A program made the translations under genes and the position numbers. A stretch of DNA of 64,000 nucleotides, from assembly GCA_024743275.1 (NCBI GenBank), contig JANSWW010000001.1, positions 414,300 through 478,299 on the forward strand. Direction: 5' to 3'. Every line of letters begins with the position of its first letter. Position 1 is the first letter of the stretch. Below the pieces are notes generated by a model. The model made no database searches. It saw only the letters and a list, made by a program, of their open reading frames with translations, and was not told the DNA's origin. Source of the stretch: Alphaproteobacteria bacterium (GTDB lineage Bacteria > Pseudomonadota > Alphaproteobacteria > JANSWW01). This document shows positions 16,707 to 26,341 of this stretch, one piece after another.

Positions 16707-19700
16707 CTACAGAACAACCGGATCGGCCACCGGATCCTGGCCCAGAAGAGCGATCTGCTCGACCGGAAGCTGGCTGCCATAGACCGCGAAGTCGGAGATC
16801 ACACCATCGAACTCGTCGCGCGCGTCGAGCGGACGGTTGTCCCGACGATGCGCTCCGCTGGCGCCGAGCACCAGGGAGAGATTGTTGTCGGCGAGGCCCT
16901 GGGTGAACCCGACCTCCTGATCGACCAGAGCACCGTCCAGATAGAGCTGGAAGCCCGCCGCCCCGAAGCTGATGGCGACGTCGTGCTCCTGCCCTTCCTG
17001 GATCGCGTTCTTGGCCGAGCGGAGATATTCCGATTTGTCCTCGGATTGGAGCCGGACCTCAAGACGGCCGTTCTTCACCCAGGCTGTCATATGACCCGGA
17101 ATGTCCTGGTGGCTGTAATCCTTGGAGAACAGCGCGTTGGATCCGCCCGTGTCATCGGCGGTGAAGCTCAGCGCAATCGTTCCGTTGGCCTGCTCCATCG
17201 CGGCGAAATGACCGACCTCGATCTGGCCACCGTCCTCGCCGTCGAAGGTGAGCGCCCGCGGAATGGCGAAGGCGGCTCCGGTGGGCAGGCTCGACGGCCC
17301 GATCAGATCCGGCGACGGCACAAAGGGATCGTCCGTCGCAAGCTGACCGTAGAGCGGCGTCACCGCCTCGGCATACTCGTCGATTGTGTCGACGATGCCA
17401 TAGGCCGGCCCGGCGTCGTTTTCGATATCGCTTTCCCGGACGAAGTCGCCGAACACCTGGATCGTGCCGAGGTCGTCGTATTGATGCGCCCCGCCATTGC
17501 GGCCCTGATTGGAGCGCACATGAATCACCGAATGGTCGGGGACGTTGTCGCCGTCGGCGTCGCCCATGGTGATCCTGTAGACCTCCGCCGTGTGGCCGAC
17601 GACGGCGATGCTGTCGCCCTCCGCCCGGTTGAAGTCGAGGATCACATCGTTGCCGAGGCTGTCGACCCAGTGGTCGTGATGCTCGTTGTTTTCCCCCGCG
17701 ACCTGGTGCCATTCGATCTTCCGGTTCTCGGGGTCCGTATGTTCGGTAAGGAAATGCGGTTTGGCGTTGATCAGCGGATTGAACATGAAGAGATCCGCGC
17801 CGCCGCCACCGATCAGGACGTCGTCGCCCTCGATCGGCTGACCGGGGAAATAGGTCAGCGTCACCGGATCGATTTCGTAGTCCGGGTCCTCGCGCGGGTC
17901 GTAGTTCTGGGCCAGTTTCGGCTCGCGGGCATCGGCCCGGCTGAGGATAACGTCATCGCCATCCCCGCCATAGACCGTGTCCTCGCCATGGCCGCCGTCG
18001 AGCGTGTCGTTGCCACCGTCTCCGGAGACCGAGTCGTTGCCGTAGCCGGCGTCGACCACATCGTCCTCGGACCCGCCGGAGACCTGGTCGTCGCCCGCCC
18101 CGGCCTCGATGGTGTCGGCACCGCCGTCGCCGTTGATCACGTCATCGCCGAGCGGCACCGGATCCGGCTTGAACGCGGTGCCGAGAACGCCCGGCCCGTT
18201 GGCGGCGAGCGAGAGAACCTGTTCGGCGTTGAGCGCGTCCTCCGGCCGGTAACCGCCCCAGAAGCCGACGCCGGCGACCGCCCCGTCGAGGAAGTCGCGG
18301 AAATCACGGTCGGTGGTGATCACCCCGGCCGTGTCGGTATCGTCGACCCGGTGGGTGTCCGCCCCGATGATCCAGGGGTTGTCGTTGGCGATCAGGAAGC
18401 CGGCCTTGTAGTCGTCGATATCCTGCCGGCCTTCCTTGGTGCGGAAGGCACCGTTGTCCAACTGACTGCCGTTGACATAGACCTCAACGCCGTTGGTCCC
18501 GAAAGTGACCGCGACATGGGCCCATTCGCCCTCGGTCAGGACCGCCTCCCGGGTCTCCCAGCTCGAATTGCGGTCGCCATTGCCCGGCGCGATGCGGACG
18601 AAAAGCTTGCCGTCGTCCTGGCCGAGCCGGAAATGGCCGCCGTCGTCGCTACCGCTCTGATCCTTGTTGACGAAGGCCTGACGGTCGCCGATGTCATCGA
18701 CCCGGACCCAGAGCGCCACCGTCTGATTCGTGGTCTCATAGGCCTGGCTATGTTCGACCATGGCGAAGCTGGACCCGTCGAAAGTCAGAGCGGGTGCGCC
18801 CCCCAACACGGTGGGACCGCTGGTGGTGGGAACGCCGTCCACCGCGATATAGGGGGCGCGCTCATGGACGGTGTAGAAACTGCCGTCCTGAGTGCCTTGC
18901 GCGTCGACAACGGCGCCGTTGGCAAGGGCATCGAAGGCCCAATAAGAGACGGCGTCATGGGGCGTTGTCTTGGCGACCGGGGCGGCCTTGTCGCCGTACA
19001 GCATGTCGGCACCGGCACCGCCATTGACCGTGTCGCCGCCATCACCGCCATAGAGGATGTCGTTGGCCTCGGTCCCCGAAACGACCTCCGCCGTCCCCTC
19101 GGTCGTCGTCTCGCGTACGATCACCCTTTCCGCGAAGGGAGTCACCGGCTGATCCGGCTCCCGGCTTTCCGGCGCGAAGAAATCGTCGAAAAGGTCGAGC
19201 GGCGAGGCGGCCGGAGCGATGAAGTCCAACGCCCGGACATTGATGTCGGTGAAATCCTCCGGCGCCGTCTCGGACGGCAGCGGCGACGGATCGATCGCGT
19301 CCAGCAACTCGTCGATATGGTCGATGACGCCATAGGTCACCCGCCGGTCGACCTGGACATCGTCCTCGGTCACCGCATCGCCGAAGACCACGATATGGCC
19401 AAGCAGATCGCCATTATGAGCGCCGCCATTGCGGCCCTGGTTGGAATAAAGCCGGATGATGGTTTCCGCGTCGCCGTCGCCGTTCACATCCCAGGAGGCG
19501 AAGCGCGCGTCGACCGTGTGGCCGTAGATCACGATCTTGTCGCCCTCGGCCTTGTTGAAGTCGGCGACCACGTCGTTGCCGATCGAATCGACCCAGTGAT
19601 CGTGGACGTTGTTGTTCTCGCCGGCGACCCGCTTCCAGTTGATCGTGCCGTCTTCCCGGACATGTTCCAGGATGATGTCCCGCTTGGCGTTGATCAGCGG

Positions 19701-20942
19701 CTTGAAATAGAAGACGTCGGCCCCGGCTCCGCCAACCAGCACGTCGTCCGCCACGAAGGGCTGATCCGCATAGAGCCGGTTGTTGGCGCCGATCTCGCCC
19801 GCCGGATCGTCGACCGCCGGCAGATAGGCCTGGGCGATCTCCGGTTCCCCCGCATCGCTTTCCGAGATGAGGATGTCGTTGCCGGCGCCGCCTTGCAGCA
19901 CGTCGCTGCCGCGCCCGCCGTCGAGAACATCGTCCCCGTCGCCGCCGAGAAGGTCGTCGTCGCCGTCCCCGCCATTGAGGTCGTCCTGGCCGCCCGCGCC
20001 CGACAGCGTGTCGTTGCCCGCATCGGCGTGGATCTTGTCATGGGTCTCGGTACCGTTCAGCGCGTCGTCGGTGGGCACCACCGGGATCACCGGCTCCGGC
20101 GTCGTCGACGGCGCGGTCCCGGCGGCGAGTGCCGCGACCTCCTCCGGGGTCAGCGCGTCTTCCGGGGCGTAGCCGCCCCACAGCGCGACACCGTCGATCT
20201 CGCCCGAGAACGGATCGCGGGTCCAGCTGTCGGCGATCTCCACCGCCGAGCCGGTGTCACGGGTTCCGCCGGTGTCGCGACCCAGCACGATGGGCTTGTC
20301 GTTGGTCAGAAGGTGATACTCGGTATAGGTCGCCGGCGTGTCGTTGCGGCCCTCGATCTGGGTGAAGGCGTCGTCGGCGATCACCGTCCCGTTGACCTGG
20401 GCCGTTACGCCCGACGGCCCGAAGGTGAGCGCCACATGGCTCCATTCACCGGGCGTGAACACAACGTCGTTGGTCCGGAAGGCGTGATTGCCGCCCCCGT
20501 CGCCCGGGGCGACGCGAAAGGACAGCCGGCCGGCGTCGAGACCGACCCGGAGATGGCCGCCATCGTCCGATCCGCTCTCGTCCTTGGCCAGGAAGGTCTG
20601 ACGCCCGTCGATCGACATCGGTCGGACCCACATCGCCACCGTGCCATAGAGCACCTCATAGCTCGGATCGTGCGGGATGTAGCCGAAACGGTCACCGCCG
20701 AGGCTGAGCGCGCCCGTTTCCGATCCCGGCGCGCCGCCGGTGAGCGGGGCCGCGACCTCGGCGCCGCTGTTCCGGGCATGCATGCTGCCACCCGGTCCGC
20801 CCATGGCGTCCGTGAGCGTGGCACCGCTCGCCGTCTCGAAATCGAAGTAAAGGATCGGAGCCGGTACGCTCACCGCCGGCGTCGGCGACACGCTGGGAGA
20901 CGCCGGGACGATGTTCTCGATAAGACCTTCTGTCGTTTCCAT
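16707..20942 (-). CDS. Large acidic RTX-repeat (Ca-binding) protein with three LamG/concanavalin-like domains and a duplicated His-rich module
   Basis: GGxGxDxLx nonapeptide runs; LamG-like signatures (GEWSHVALTFG, GEWAHVAVTFG, FDGVISDFAVY); GGAG RBS before METTEG. Confidence 0.85.
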   Translation of the reverse strand: METTEGLIENIVPASPSVSPTPAVSVPAPILYFDFETASGATLTDAMGGPGGSMHARNSGAEVAAPLTGGAPGSETGALSLGGDRFGYIPHDPSYEVLYGTVAMWVRPMSIDGRQTFLAKDESGSDDGGHLRVGLDAGRLSFRVAPGDGGGNHAFRTNDVVFTPGEWSHVALTFGPSGVTAQVNGTVIADDAFTQIEGRNDTPATYTEYHLLTNDKPIVLGRDTGGTRDTGSAVEIADSWTRDPFSGEIDGVALWGGYAPEDALTPEEVAALAAGTAPSTTPEPVIPVVPTDDALNGTETHDKIHADAGNDTLSGAGGQDDLNGGDGDDDLLGGDGDDVLDGGRGSDVLQGGAGNDILISESDAGEPEIAQAYLPAVDDPAGEIGANNRLYADQPFVADDVLVGGAGADVFYFKPLINAKRDIILEHVREDGTINWKRVAGENNNVHDHWVDSIGNDVVADFNKAEGDKIVIYGHTVDARFASWDVNGDGDAETIIRLYSNQGRNGGAHNGDLLGHIVVFGDAVTEDDVQVDRRVTYGVIDHIDELLDAIDPSPLPSETAPEDFTDINVRALDFIAPAASPLDLFDDFFAPESREPDQPVTPFAERVIVRETTTEGTAEVVSGTEANDILYGGDGGDTVNGGAGADMLYGDKAAPVAKTTPHDAVSYWAFDALANGAVVDAQGTQDGSFYTVHERAPYIAVDGVPTTSGPTVLGGAPALTFDGSSFAMVEHSQAYETTNQTVALWVRVDDIGDRQAFVNKDQSGSDDGGHFRLGQDDGKLFVRIAPGNGDRNSSWETREAVLTEGEWAHVAVTFGTNGVEVYVNGSQLDNGAFRTKEGRQDIDDYKAGFLIANDNPWIIGADTHRVDDTDTAGVITTDRDFRDFLDGAVAGVGFWGGYRPEDALNAEQVLSLAANGPGVLGTAFKPDPVPLGDDVINGDGGADTIEAGAGDDQVSGGSEDDVVDAGYGNDSVSGDGGNDTLDGGHGEDTVYGGDGDDVILSRADAREPKLAQNYDPREDPDYEIDPVTLTYFPGQPIEGDDVLIGGGGADLFMFNPLINAKPHFLTEHTDPENRKIEWHQVAGENNEHHDHWVDSLGNDVILDFNRAEGDSIAVVGHTAEVYRITMGDADGDNVPDHSVIHVRSNQGRNGGAHQYDDLGTIQVFGDFVRESDIENDAGPAYGIVDTIDEYAEAVTPLYGQLATDDPFVPSPDLIGPSSLPTGAAFAIPRALTFDGEDGGQIEVGHFAAMEQANGTIALSFTADDTGGSNALFSKDYSHQDIPGHMTAWVKNGRLEVRLQSEDKSEYLRSAKNAIQEGQEHDVAISFGAAGFQLYLDGALVDQEVGFTQGLADNNLSLVLGASGAHRRDNRPLDARDEFDGVISDFAVYGSQLPVEQIALLGQDPVADPVVL

Positions 20943-21158
20943 GGAACCCTCCGTTAGGTGTCGCACCCCTTGCGAATAAGAAACGGAGACTCAATTCCAT
21001 GATTTATTAAAGAATCGCAAAAGATAAATCAGCCATTACTTTACCTGTATTTTGCAAAGAAATTTGCATAAAATACGTTCTATCGGCGACGCCATGGCCC
21101 ATTGCCGGGGCACAGCATCTATCGAAGTCTGGCGGCGCCTCACTTTGACGGAGCGCCT

Positions 21159-21401
21159 ATGCATCCTCTCTTCAACAATATCCGGGAGCCGGTGGTCTGC
21201 GCCAAATGCGCCGACGAATTCCAGGCCGGCGCCACGGACGCCGCATCCTTGCAGGAATACACGCGGATGGATGTCGGCTTCACCGACCGGGGACTTCAGG
21301 TCTGGTGCCGGCGACATCAGACCAACGTGGTCCACATCCACTTCGCGGGGGCCACGCCGGAAGCCGACTTCCGCTGCCTGGAGAAGAAGCCGAAGAACTG
21401 A
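21159..21401 (+). CDS. 80-aa hypothetical protein with CxxC and CxxH motifs
   Basis: GGAG RBS before ATG; VVCAKC...QVWCRRH; occupies an otherwise empty gap. Confidence 0.65.
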   Translation: MHPLFNNIREPVVCAKCADEFQAGATDAASLQEYTRMDVGFTDRGLQVWCRRHQTNVVHIHFAGATPEADFRCLEKKPKN

Positions 21402-21408
21402 TTCGCCG

Positions 21409-21567
21409 CTAGCGCTTCGCGATGATGTAGACCGCGTGGATGATCCCGGGAAAGTAGCCGAGCAGAGTCAGGAGGATGTTGAGCCAGAAATGGAGGCCGA
21501 TGCCGACCTGCAGGAACACGCCCAGAGGCGGCAACAGAATGGCGATCAGAATCCGGAGGATGTCCAT
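21409..21567 (-). CDS. YqaE/Pmp3 family small membrane proteolipid
   Basis: MDILRILIAILLPPLGVF...FWLNILLTLLGYFPGIIHAVYII, 52 aa, AAGGAG RBS. Confidence 0.93.
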   Translation of the reverse strand: MDILRILIAILLPPLGVFLQVGIGLHFWLNILLTLLGYFPGIIHAVYIIAKR

Positions 21568-21648
21568 TGCGCGCTCCTTGATGTGCAGAACAGCTATTCC
21601 CGAAAGCGCACTATACGGTGGACCGGCCCCTGCTGTTAAGGTCCCATC

Positions 21649-22881
21649 ATGCTCCGCGTTCTCTCGCATCCCGCCTTCGCCAAACTGTTCGCGGCCCAGA
21701 TCGTCGCCCTGCTCGGCACCGGGCTCTTGACCGTCGCCCTGGGCCTGCTGGCCTACGATCTCGCCGGCGAGAAGGCGGGGGCGGTCCTCGGCACGGCGCT
21801 GACGATCAAGATGATCGCCTATGTCGGGGTGGCGCCCCTGGCCAACGCGTTGACCGTGCGGCTCTCGCGCAAGGCGGTGCTGATCGGAACGGATCTGGCG
21901 CGGGCGGGCATCGCGCTGGCCCTGCCCTTCATCGACGCGGTCTGGCAGATCTATGTGCTGATCTTCCTGCTGCAGACCGCGTCGGCGACCTTCGCGCCCG
22001 CCTTCCAGGCGACGATCCCGGACATTCTCGAGGACGAGGCCGACTACACCCGTGCCCTGTCGCTGACCCGCCTGGCCTATGAGATCGAGAATCTGGTGAG
22101 CCCGACGGTCGCGGCCATCCTGCTGACGGTGATGAGCTATCACGGGCTGTTCGGCGGAACCGTGCTCGGCTTTCTCGGCTCGACGCTTCTGATCGCCTTC
22201 ACGGTACTGCCGAAATACACCGCCGCCGGTCGGGAGCGGCCCTTCTGGGACCGCGTTTCCCGGGGCACAAGGCTCTATCTCGCCACGCCGAGACTCCGCG
22301 GTCTTCTGGCCCTGACCATGACGGCGGCGGCGACGGGCGCCTTTGTGCTGGTCAACACGGTGGTGGTGGTCCGCGCCACCTATGGCGGATCGGAGACCGA
22401 TGTCGCCTATGCCCTGGCCGCCTTCGGGTTCGGGTCCATGGCCTCCGCCCTCGCCCTGCCCCGGGTTCTCGACCGGGTCCCGGACCGGGCGGTGATGCTC
22501 ACCTCGGCGGCGGTCCTCTGTCTTCTCACCCTGGGCCTGGTGCCGGTTCTCGCCGGCGACAGCCTTTTGTCCTGGGAGGCTTTCCTGATCGCCTGGGCCT
22601 TCATCGGCCTGTTCTATACGGGAATTCTCACGCCGTCCGGCCGGCTGTTGAAGCGGTCGTCGGGTCCCGAGGACCGGGGCCATTTGTTCACCGCGCAATT
22701 TGCCCTCTCCCATGCCTGCTGGCTGATAACCTATCCGGTGGCCGGTTGGACGGGCGCCAAATTCGGCTTCGATGCGGCGATGGCGGTCCTCGGCGCGCTC
22801 GCCTGTCTCGGGACCGTCGCCGCGCTGGTCGTCTGGCCGAGGCACGAGCCGGCGGAGCTGCCCGAGGACGGGACCGCGTAG
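21649..22881 (+). CDS. MFS transporter (NreB-like efflux family)
   Basis: LFAAQIVALLGTGLLTVALGLLAYDLAG, PAFQATIPDIL, FTAQFALSHACWLITYP. Confidence 0.85.
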   Translation: MLRVLSHPAFAKLFAAQIVALLGTGLLTVALGLLAYDLAGEKAGAVLGTALTIKMIAYVGVAPLANALTVRLSRKAVLIGTDLARAGIALALPFIDAVWQIYVLIFLLQTASATFAPAFQATIPDILEDEADYTRALSLTRLAYEIENLVSPTVAAILLTVMSYHGLFGGTVLGFLGSTLLIAFTVLPKYTAAGRERPFWDRVSRGTRLYLATPRLRGLLALTMTAAATGAFVLVNTVVVVRATYGGSETDVAYALAAFGFGSMASALALPRVLDRVPDRAVMLTSAAVLCLLTLGLVPVLAGDSLLSWEAFLIAWAFIGLFYTGILTPSGRLLKRSSGPEDRGHLFTAQFALSHACWLITYPVAGWTGAKFGFDAAMAVLGALACLGTVAALVVWPRHEPAELPEDGTA

Positions 22882-22959
22882 GGCCACCTGCCCAAAAGCC
22901 CGCTTGCCAATCGGCGGCGGGGTGCGGTTTCCTACTCGCCGCATAGACAGGGGGTGCGT

Positions 22960-24588
22960 ATGCGGCTTCATGCAGACCAGATTCTCACCGGCGGGAAGAT
23001 CGCCACGCTCGACCGGGACGACCGTTTCGTCGAGGCCCTGGCGATCCGCGACGGCGTGATCGTTGCCCTCGGCGGCGTCGGCGAGGTCGACGGCCTGCGC
23101 GGCCCGGAGACCGAGGTGATCGACCTGGCCGGCGCCACCGCGATTCCCGGGATCGTCGACAGTCATGCCCACCCCGACGCCTATGCCGCCCGCCTCACCA
23201 CCTGGGAGGACCTGTCCCCCGCCCGCATCCAGTCCAAGGAGGCGCTGCTGGCCCGGCTGTCCGATGCGGCGACGGAAAAGCGTCCCGGAGTCTGGCTCGC
23301 CGGCTACCGCTTCAACGAGAACAAATCCGGCGGCTATCCGACCCTCGCCGAGCTCGACGGGGCGACCGGCGACGTGCCGATGTTCATCCTGCGGACCGAC
23401 GGTCATCTCGGGCTTGCCAATTCCGCCGCCTTCGCCGCACTCGGCATCGACGAGACCACGCCCGACCCGGATTTCGGCGTCTTCGACAAGCATCCGGAGA
23501 CCGGCAAGCTGACCGGGCTGGTGCGGGAGACCGCCGCCCATTTGTTCCTCGACCGGGTCCATGCCCAGGACACGCCGGAGAGCATCGCCAACGGCCTTGA
23601 GCGGGTGTTCCAGGAGTGGGCCGCGCTCGGCATCACCACCACCTACAACTCGCTGACGCCATCCCGGGCGATCCAGGCCTATCAACGGATGAAGGACGCG
23701 GGCCGACTGAAGATGCGGGTCGGGATCATCGCCTCGGGGCGGGAGGACGGGCTGATCGAAAGCCTGATCGCCGCGGGCCTCAGGTCCGGCTTCGGCGACG
23801 ACCTTCTGCGGCTAATCGGAGTCGAATGGTGCCCGGACTGTTCCACCTCCGGCCGGACGGCGGCCTACTACGAGCCCTATATCGGTAAGAGGATCGAGGG
23901 TGAGCCGGACCACAACACCGGCATCCTGCTTTATGAGGCCGACGATCTCGCGGCGCGGGCGGCCAAGGCCCACACGGCCGGGCTCTTGGTGATGATCGAG
24001 GGGGTCGGCGACCGGGGCATCGACTTCGCCCTGGACGCGATTGAAGCGGCGCTCGCCGACCACCCGCTGGACGATCACCGGATGCGGGTCGAGCACTGCT
24101 GCTACGTCACGCCGGAGATCAGGGCACGGATCAAGCGGCTCGGTGTCGTCGACAGTTCGGCCACCGGCTTCATGTACGACCTCGGCGACGCCTATATCGC
24201 CAACCGGGGCCAAGAGGCGATGCGTCATATGTGGCCGCACCGCACCTTGATCGACGAAGGCATTCCCGCCCCGGGCCATTCCGACGCCATGGTCTGTCAG
24301 GCCAACCCGTTTCTAGCCCTCTGGTCGATGGTGAACCGGAAGTCCGACACCGGCGGCGACCTCTGCCGCGCGGAGGCGGTGACCCCGACCGAGGCGCTGC
24401 ACGCCTACACCACGCTCGGCGCCTATTCCGGCCGCGAAGAGCACCGCAAGGGATCGCTCGAAATCGGTAAACTCGGCGACGTGGCGATCCTCGACCGCGA
24501 TTACTTCACCATTCCCCCCGAAGAAATCCGCGATGTCCGGGTCACGCGGACCCTGCTGGGCGGCGAAACGATCTTCGAGGAAGGGTGA
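22960..24588 (+). CDS. Amidohydrolase, YtcJ-like (amidohydrolase 3)
   Basis: IDLAGATAIPGIVDSHAH, RVEHC, KGSLEIGKLGDVAILDRD. Confidence 0.88.
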   Translation: MRLHADQILTGGKIATLDRDDRFVEALAIRDGVIVALGGVGEVDGLRGPETEVIDLAGATAIPGIVDSHAHPDAYAARLTTWEDLSPARIQSKEALLARLSDAATEKRPGVWLAGYRFNENKSGGYPTLAELDGATGDVPMFILRTDGHLGLANSAAFAALGIDETTPDPDFGVFDKHPETGKLTGLVRETAAHLFLDRVHAQDTPESIANGLERVFQEWAALGITTTYNSLTPSRAIQAYQRMKDAGRLKMRVGIIASGREDGLIESLIAAGLRSGFGDDLLRLIGVEWCPDCSTSGRTAAYYEPYIGKRIEGEPDHNTGILLYEADDLAARAAKAHTAGLLVMIEGVGDRGIDFALDAIEAALADHPLDDHRMRVEHCCYVTPEIRARIKRLGVVDSSATGFMYDLGDAYIANRGQEAMRHMWPHRTLIDEGIPAPGHSDAMVCQANPFLALWSMVNRKSDTGGDLCRAEAVTPTEALHAYTTLGAYSGREEHRKGSLEIGKLGDVAILDRDYFTIPPEEIRDVRVTRTLLGGETIFEEG

Positions 24589-24591
24589 GCC

Positions 24592-25218
24592 GTGGCCGTC
24601 GAACCCTATACCGAGGCGGACGCCGCCCTGGTCGAGCTGGCCGAGCGCGACGGCCTGGCCTTCGCCGGCGACGCACCGCATCCGTTCCACCTCCGCAAGA
24701 CCATCGCAGACCGACTCTATAGGGTCGTCGACGCCCTGCCGCCCGGTCACAGGCTCGTCCTGTTCGAGGCGCACCGGACGCAATCGCGGCAGTTCCGGAT
24801 GTGGAACCGGCGTTTTGCCGAAATCGCCCGGACCCATCCGGAATTGGGTCTCGACGCGCTGATCACCGAGACCCGGCGCTGGGTGGCAGACCCGGTCGAC
24901 CGGCCGAGCGGCCATCAGGGCGGCACGGCGGTGGACGTGACGCTCGCGGTCGACGGACAGCAGCTCGATATGGGGACGGAGGTGGGGGAGTTCTCGAAGC
25001 TGACACCGACGGCGGCCCCGGGCCTCGCGCCGCTGGTGGTCGCCAACCGGGCGCGGCTCCGGGCGCTGATGGAAGCCCAAGGCTTCCTCAATTATGATGA
25101 GGAATGGTGGCATTTCTCCTATGGCGACCGCCTTTGGGCGGAGATGCGCGCCTATGGCACGGATACCGGCACGATTTCGCGGGTCGCCTATCCCTTCGGG
25201 CCGATCACGGCCTCTTGA
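24592..25218 (+). CDS. M15 family zinc peptidase (D-Ala-D-Ala dipeptidase, VanX/DdpX-like)
   Basis: SGHQGGTAVD (SxHxxGxAxD), DMGT and EEWWHFSYG motifs; GTG start 3 bp after the amidohydrolase stop. Confidence 0.85.
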   Translation: MAVEPYTEADAALVELAERDGLAFAGDAPHPFHLRKTIADRLYRVVDALPPGHRLVLFEAHRTQSRQFRMWNRRFAEIARTHPELGLDALITETRRWVADPVDRPSGHQGGTAVDVTLAVDGQQLDMGTEVGEFSKLTPTAAPGLAPLVVANRARLRALMEAQGFLNYDEEWWHFSYGDRLWAEMRAYGTDTGTISRVAYPFGPITAS

Positions 25219-25441
25219 AGCGCGCCCGGCTGGCATTCGCGGGCCTTGCCCCAAAATCACCGATTTGTTGTGGCGTTCATCGGTTTGGCGCGATTGTTGC
25301 TTTGCCGCAGGAGGCTAAGAAACAGACATCCTTCGGGATTATGTGATACATTGAGGATTAGGCTGAAATCAGCGTTGGCGTCCGTTTGCCGGGCGCCCGG
25401 GCCCACCGCTCAGGGGGCCATGGTTTAGGAGGCGAAACGAC

Positions 25442-26302
25442 ATGTTAGTCATTGGCGGCGCGATCGGTGTCTTGATCGCCGTTTACGGTTCCTACATCGC
25501 CATGGGCGGCAAAATGGCCGTGCACTGGCAGCCCTTCGAATACACGCTGATCGGCGGGGCGGCGATCTTCGCCTTTATCATCGCCAACCCGATGCATACG
25601 CTGAAAGCGACGATCGGGCACGTGATGGCGGCGATCAAGGGGCCGAAATACAAGAAGGACGACTATCTCGAACTCCTGTCCCTGCTCTACGCCATTTTCA
25701 AGCTGGCGAAGACGAAGGGGATGCTGGCGATCGAAAGTCATGTGGAGCGGCCGGAGGAAAGCTCGCTATTCCAGTCCTTCCCGAAATTCGCCGCCAACCA
25801 CCACGCGCTCGAATTCCTGTGCGACTATCTGCGAATGATGACGCTCGGCACCGACAACCCGCACGAGATGGAAACGCTGCTCGACGAGGAAATCGAGACC
25901 CATCACCACGAAGAGATGGCCGTCGGTGACGCGGTGCAAACCATGGGCGACGGCTTTCCGGCGCTGGGCATCGTGGCCGCCGTGCTGGGCGTGATCAAAA
26001 CCATGGGCTCGATCACCGAGCCGCCGGAGGTTCTGGGGAAACTGATCGGCGCCGCTCTGGTCGGCACGTTCTTCGGGATCTTCATGGCTTACGGCTTCGT
26101 GGCGCCCCTCGCCTCGGCGATCAAGGGCGTCATCGCGGCCGACGGCAAGTATTTCGCGGTGATCAAGTCCGGCCTGCTCGCCCATATGTCCGGCTATGCG
26201 CCCGCGGTCTCCGTGGAGTTCGCGCGAAAACAGCTCTGGAGCCATGTCCGCCCCACCTTCTACGAGGTGGAAGAGGCCGTGGCGGCCCTGCCGCCGGTGT
26301 AA
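25442..26302 (+). CDS. motA: Flagellar stator protein MotA
   Basis: DGFPALGIVAAVLGVI, LIGAALVGTFFG, SVEFARK. Confidence 0.95.
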   Translation: MLVIGGAIGVLIAVYGSYIAMGGKMAVHWQPFEYTLIGGAAIFAFIIANPMHTLKATIGHVMAAIKGPKYKKDDYLELLSLLYAIFKLAKTKGMLAIESHVERPEESSLFQSFPKFAANHHALEFLCDYLRMMTLGTDNPHEMETLLDEEIETHHHEEMAVGDAVQTMGDGFPALGIVAAVLGVIKTMGSITEPPEVLGKLIGAALVGTFFGIFMAYGFVAPLASAIKGVIAADGKYFAVIKSGLLAHMSGYAPAVSVEFARKQLWSHVRPTFYEVEEAVAALPPV

Positions 26303-26341
26303 TCGGCCCAACCCTCTAGGAGTTCAGGAAGAGCCAGCGCC

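Noticed and set aside
16539..20957. 1472-aa + strand ORF spanning the RTX gene
   Set aside because: Antisense shadow of a GC-rich gene with biased codon usage; no motifs; the minus strand carries the recognisable protein
21568..23685. 758-aa minus-strand ORF
   Set aside because: Only its last 52 codons (YqaE/Pmp3, with its own RBS) are credible; the rest is antisense to the MFS and amidohydrolase genes
24592..25218. VanX-like gene as a vancomycin-resistance cluster
   Set aside because: No vanH, vanA/B or vanRS neighbours; the host is Gram-negative and M15 dipeptidases are widespread
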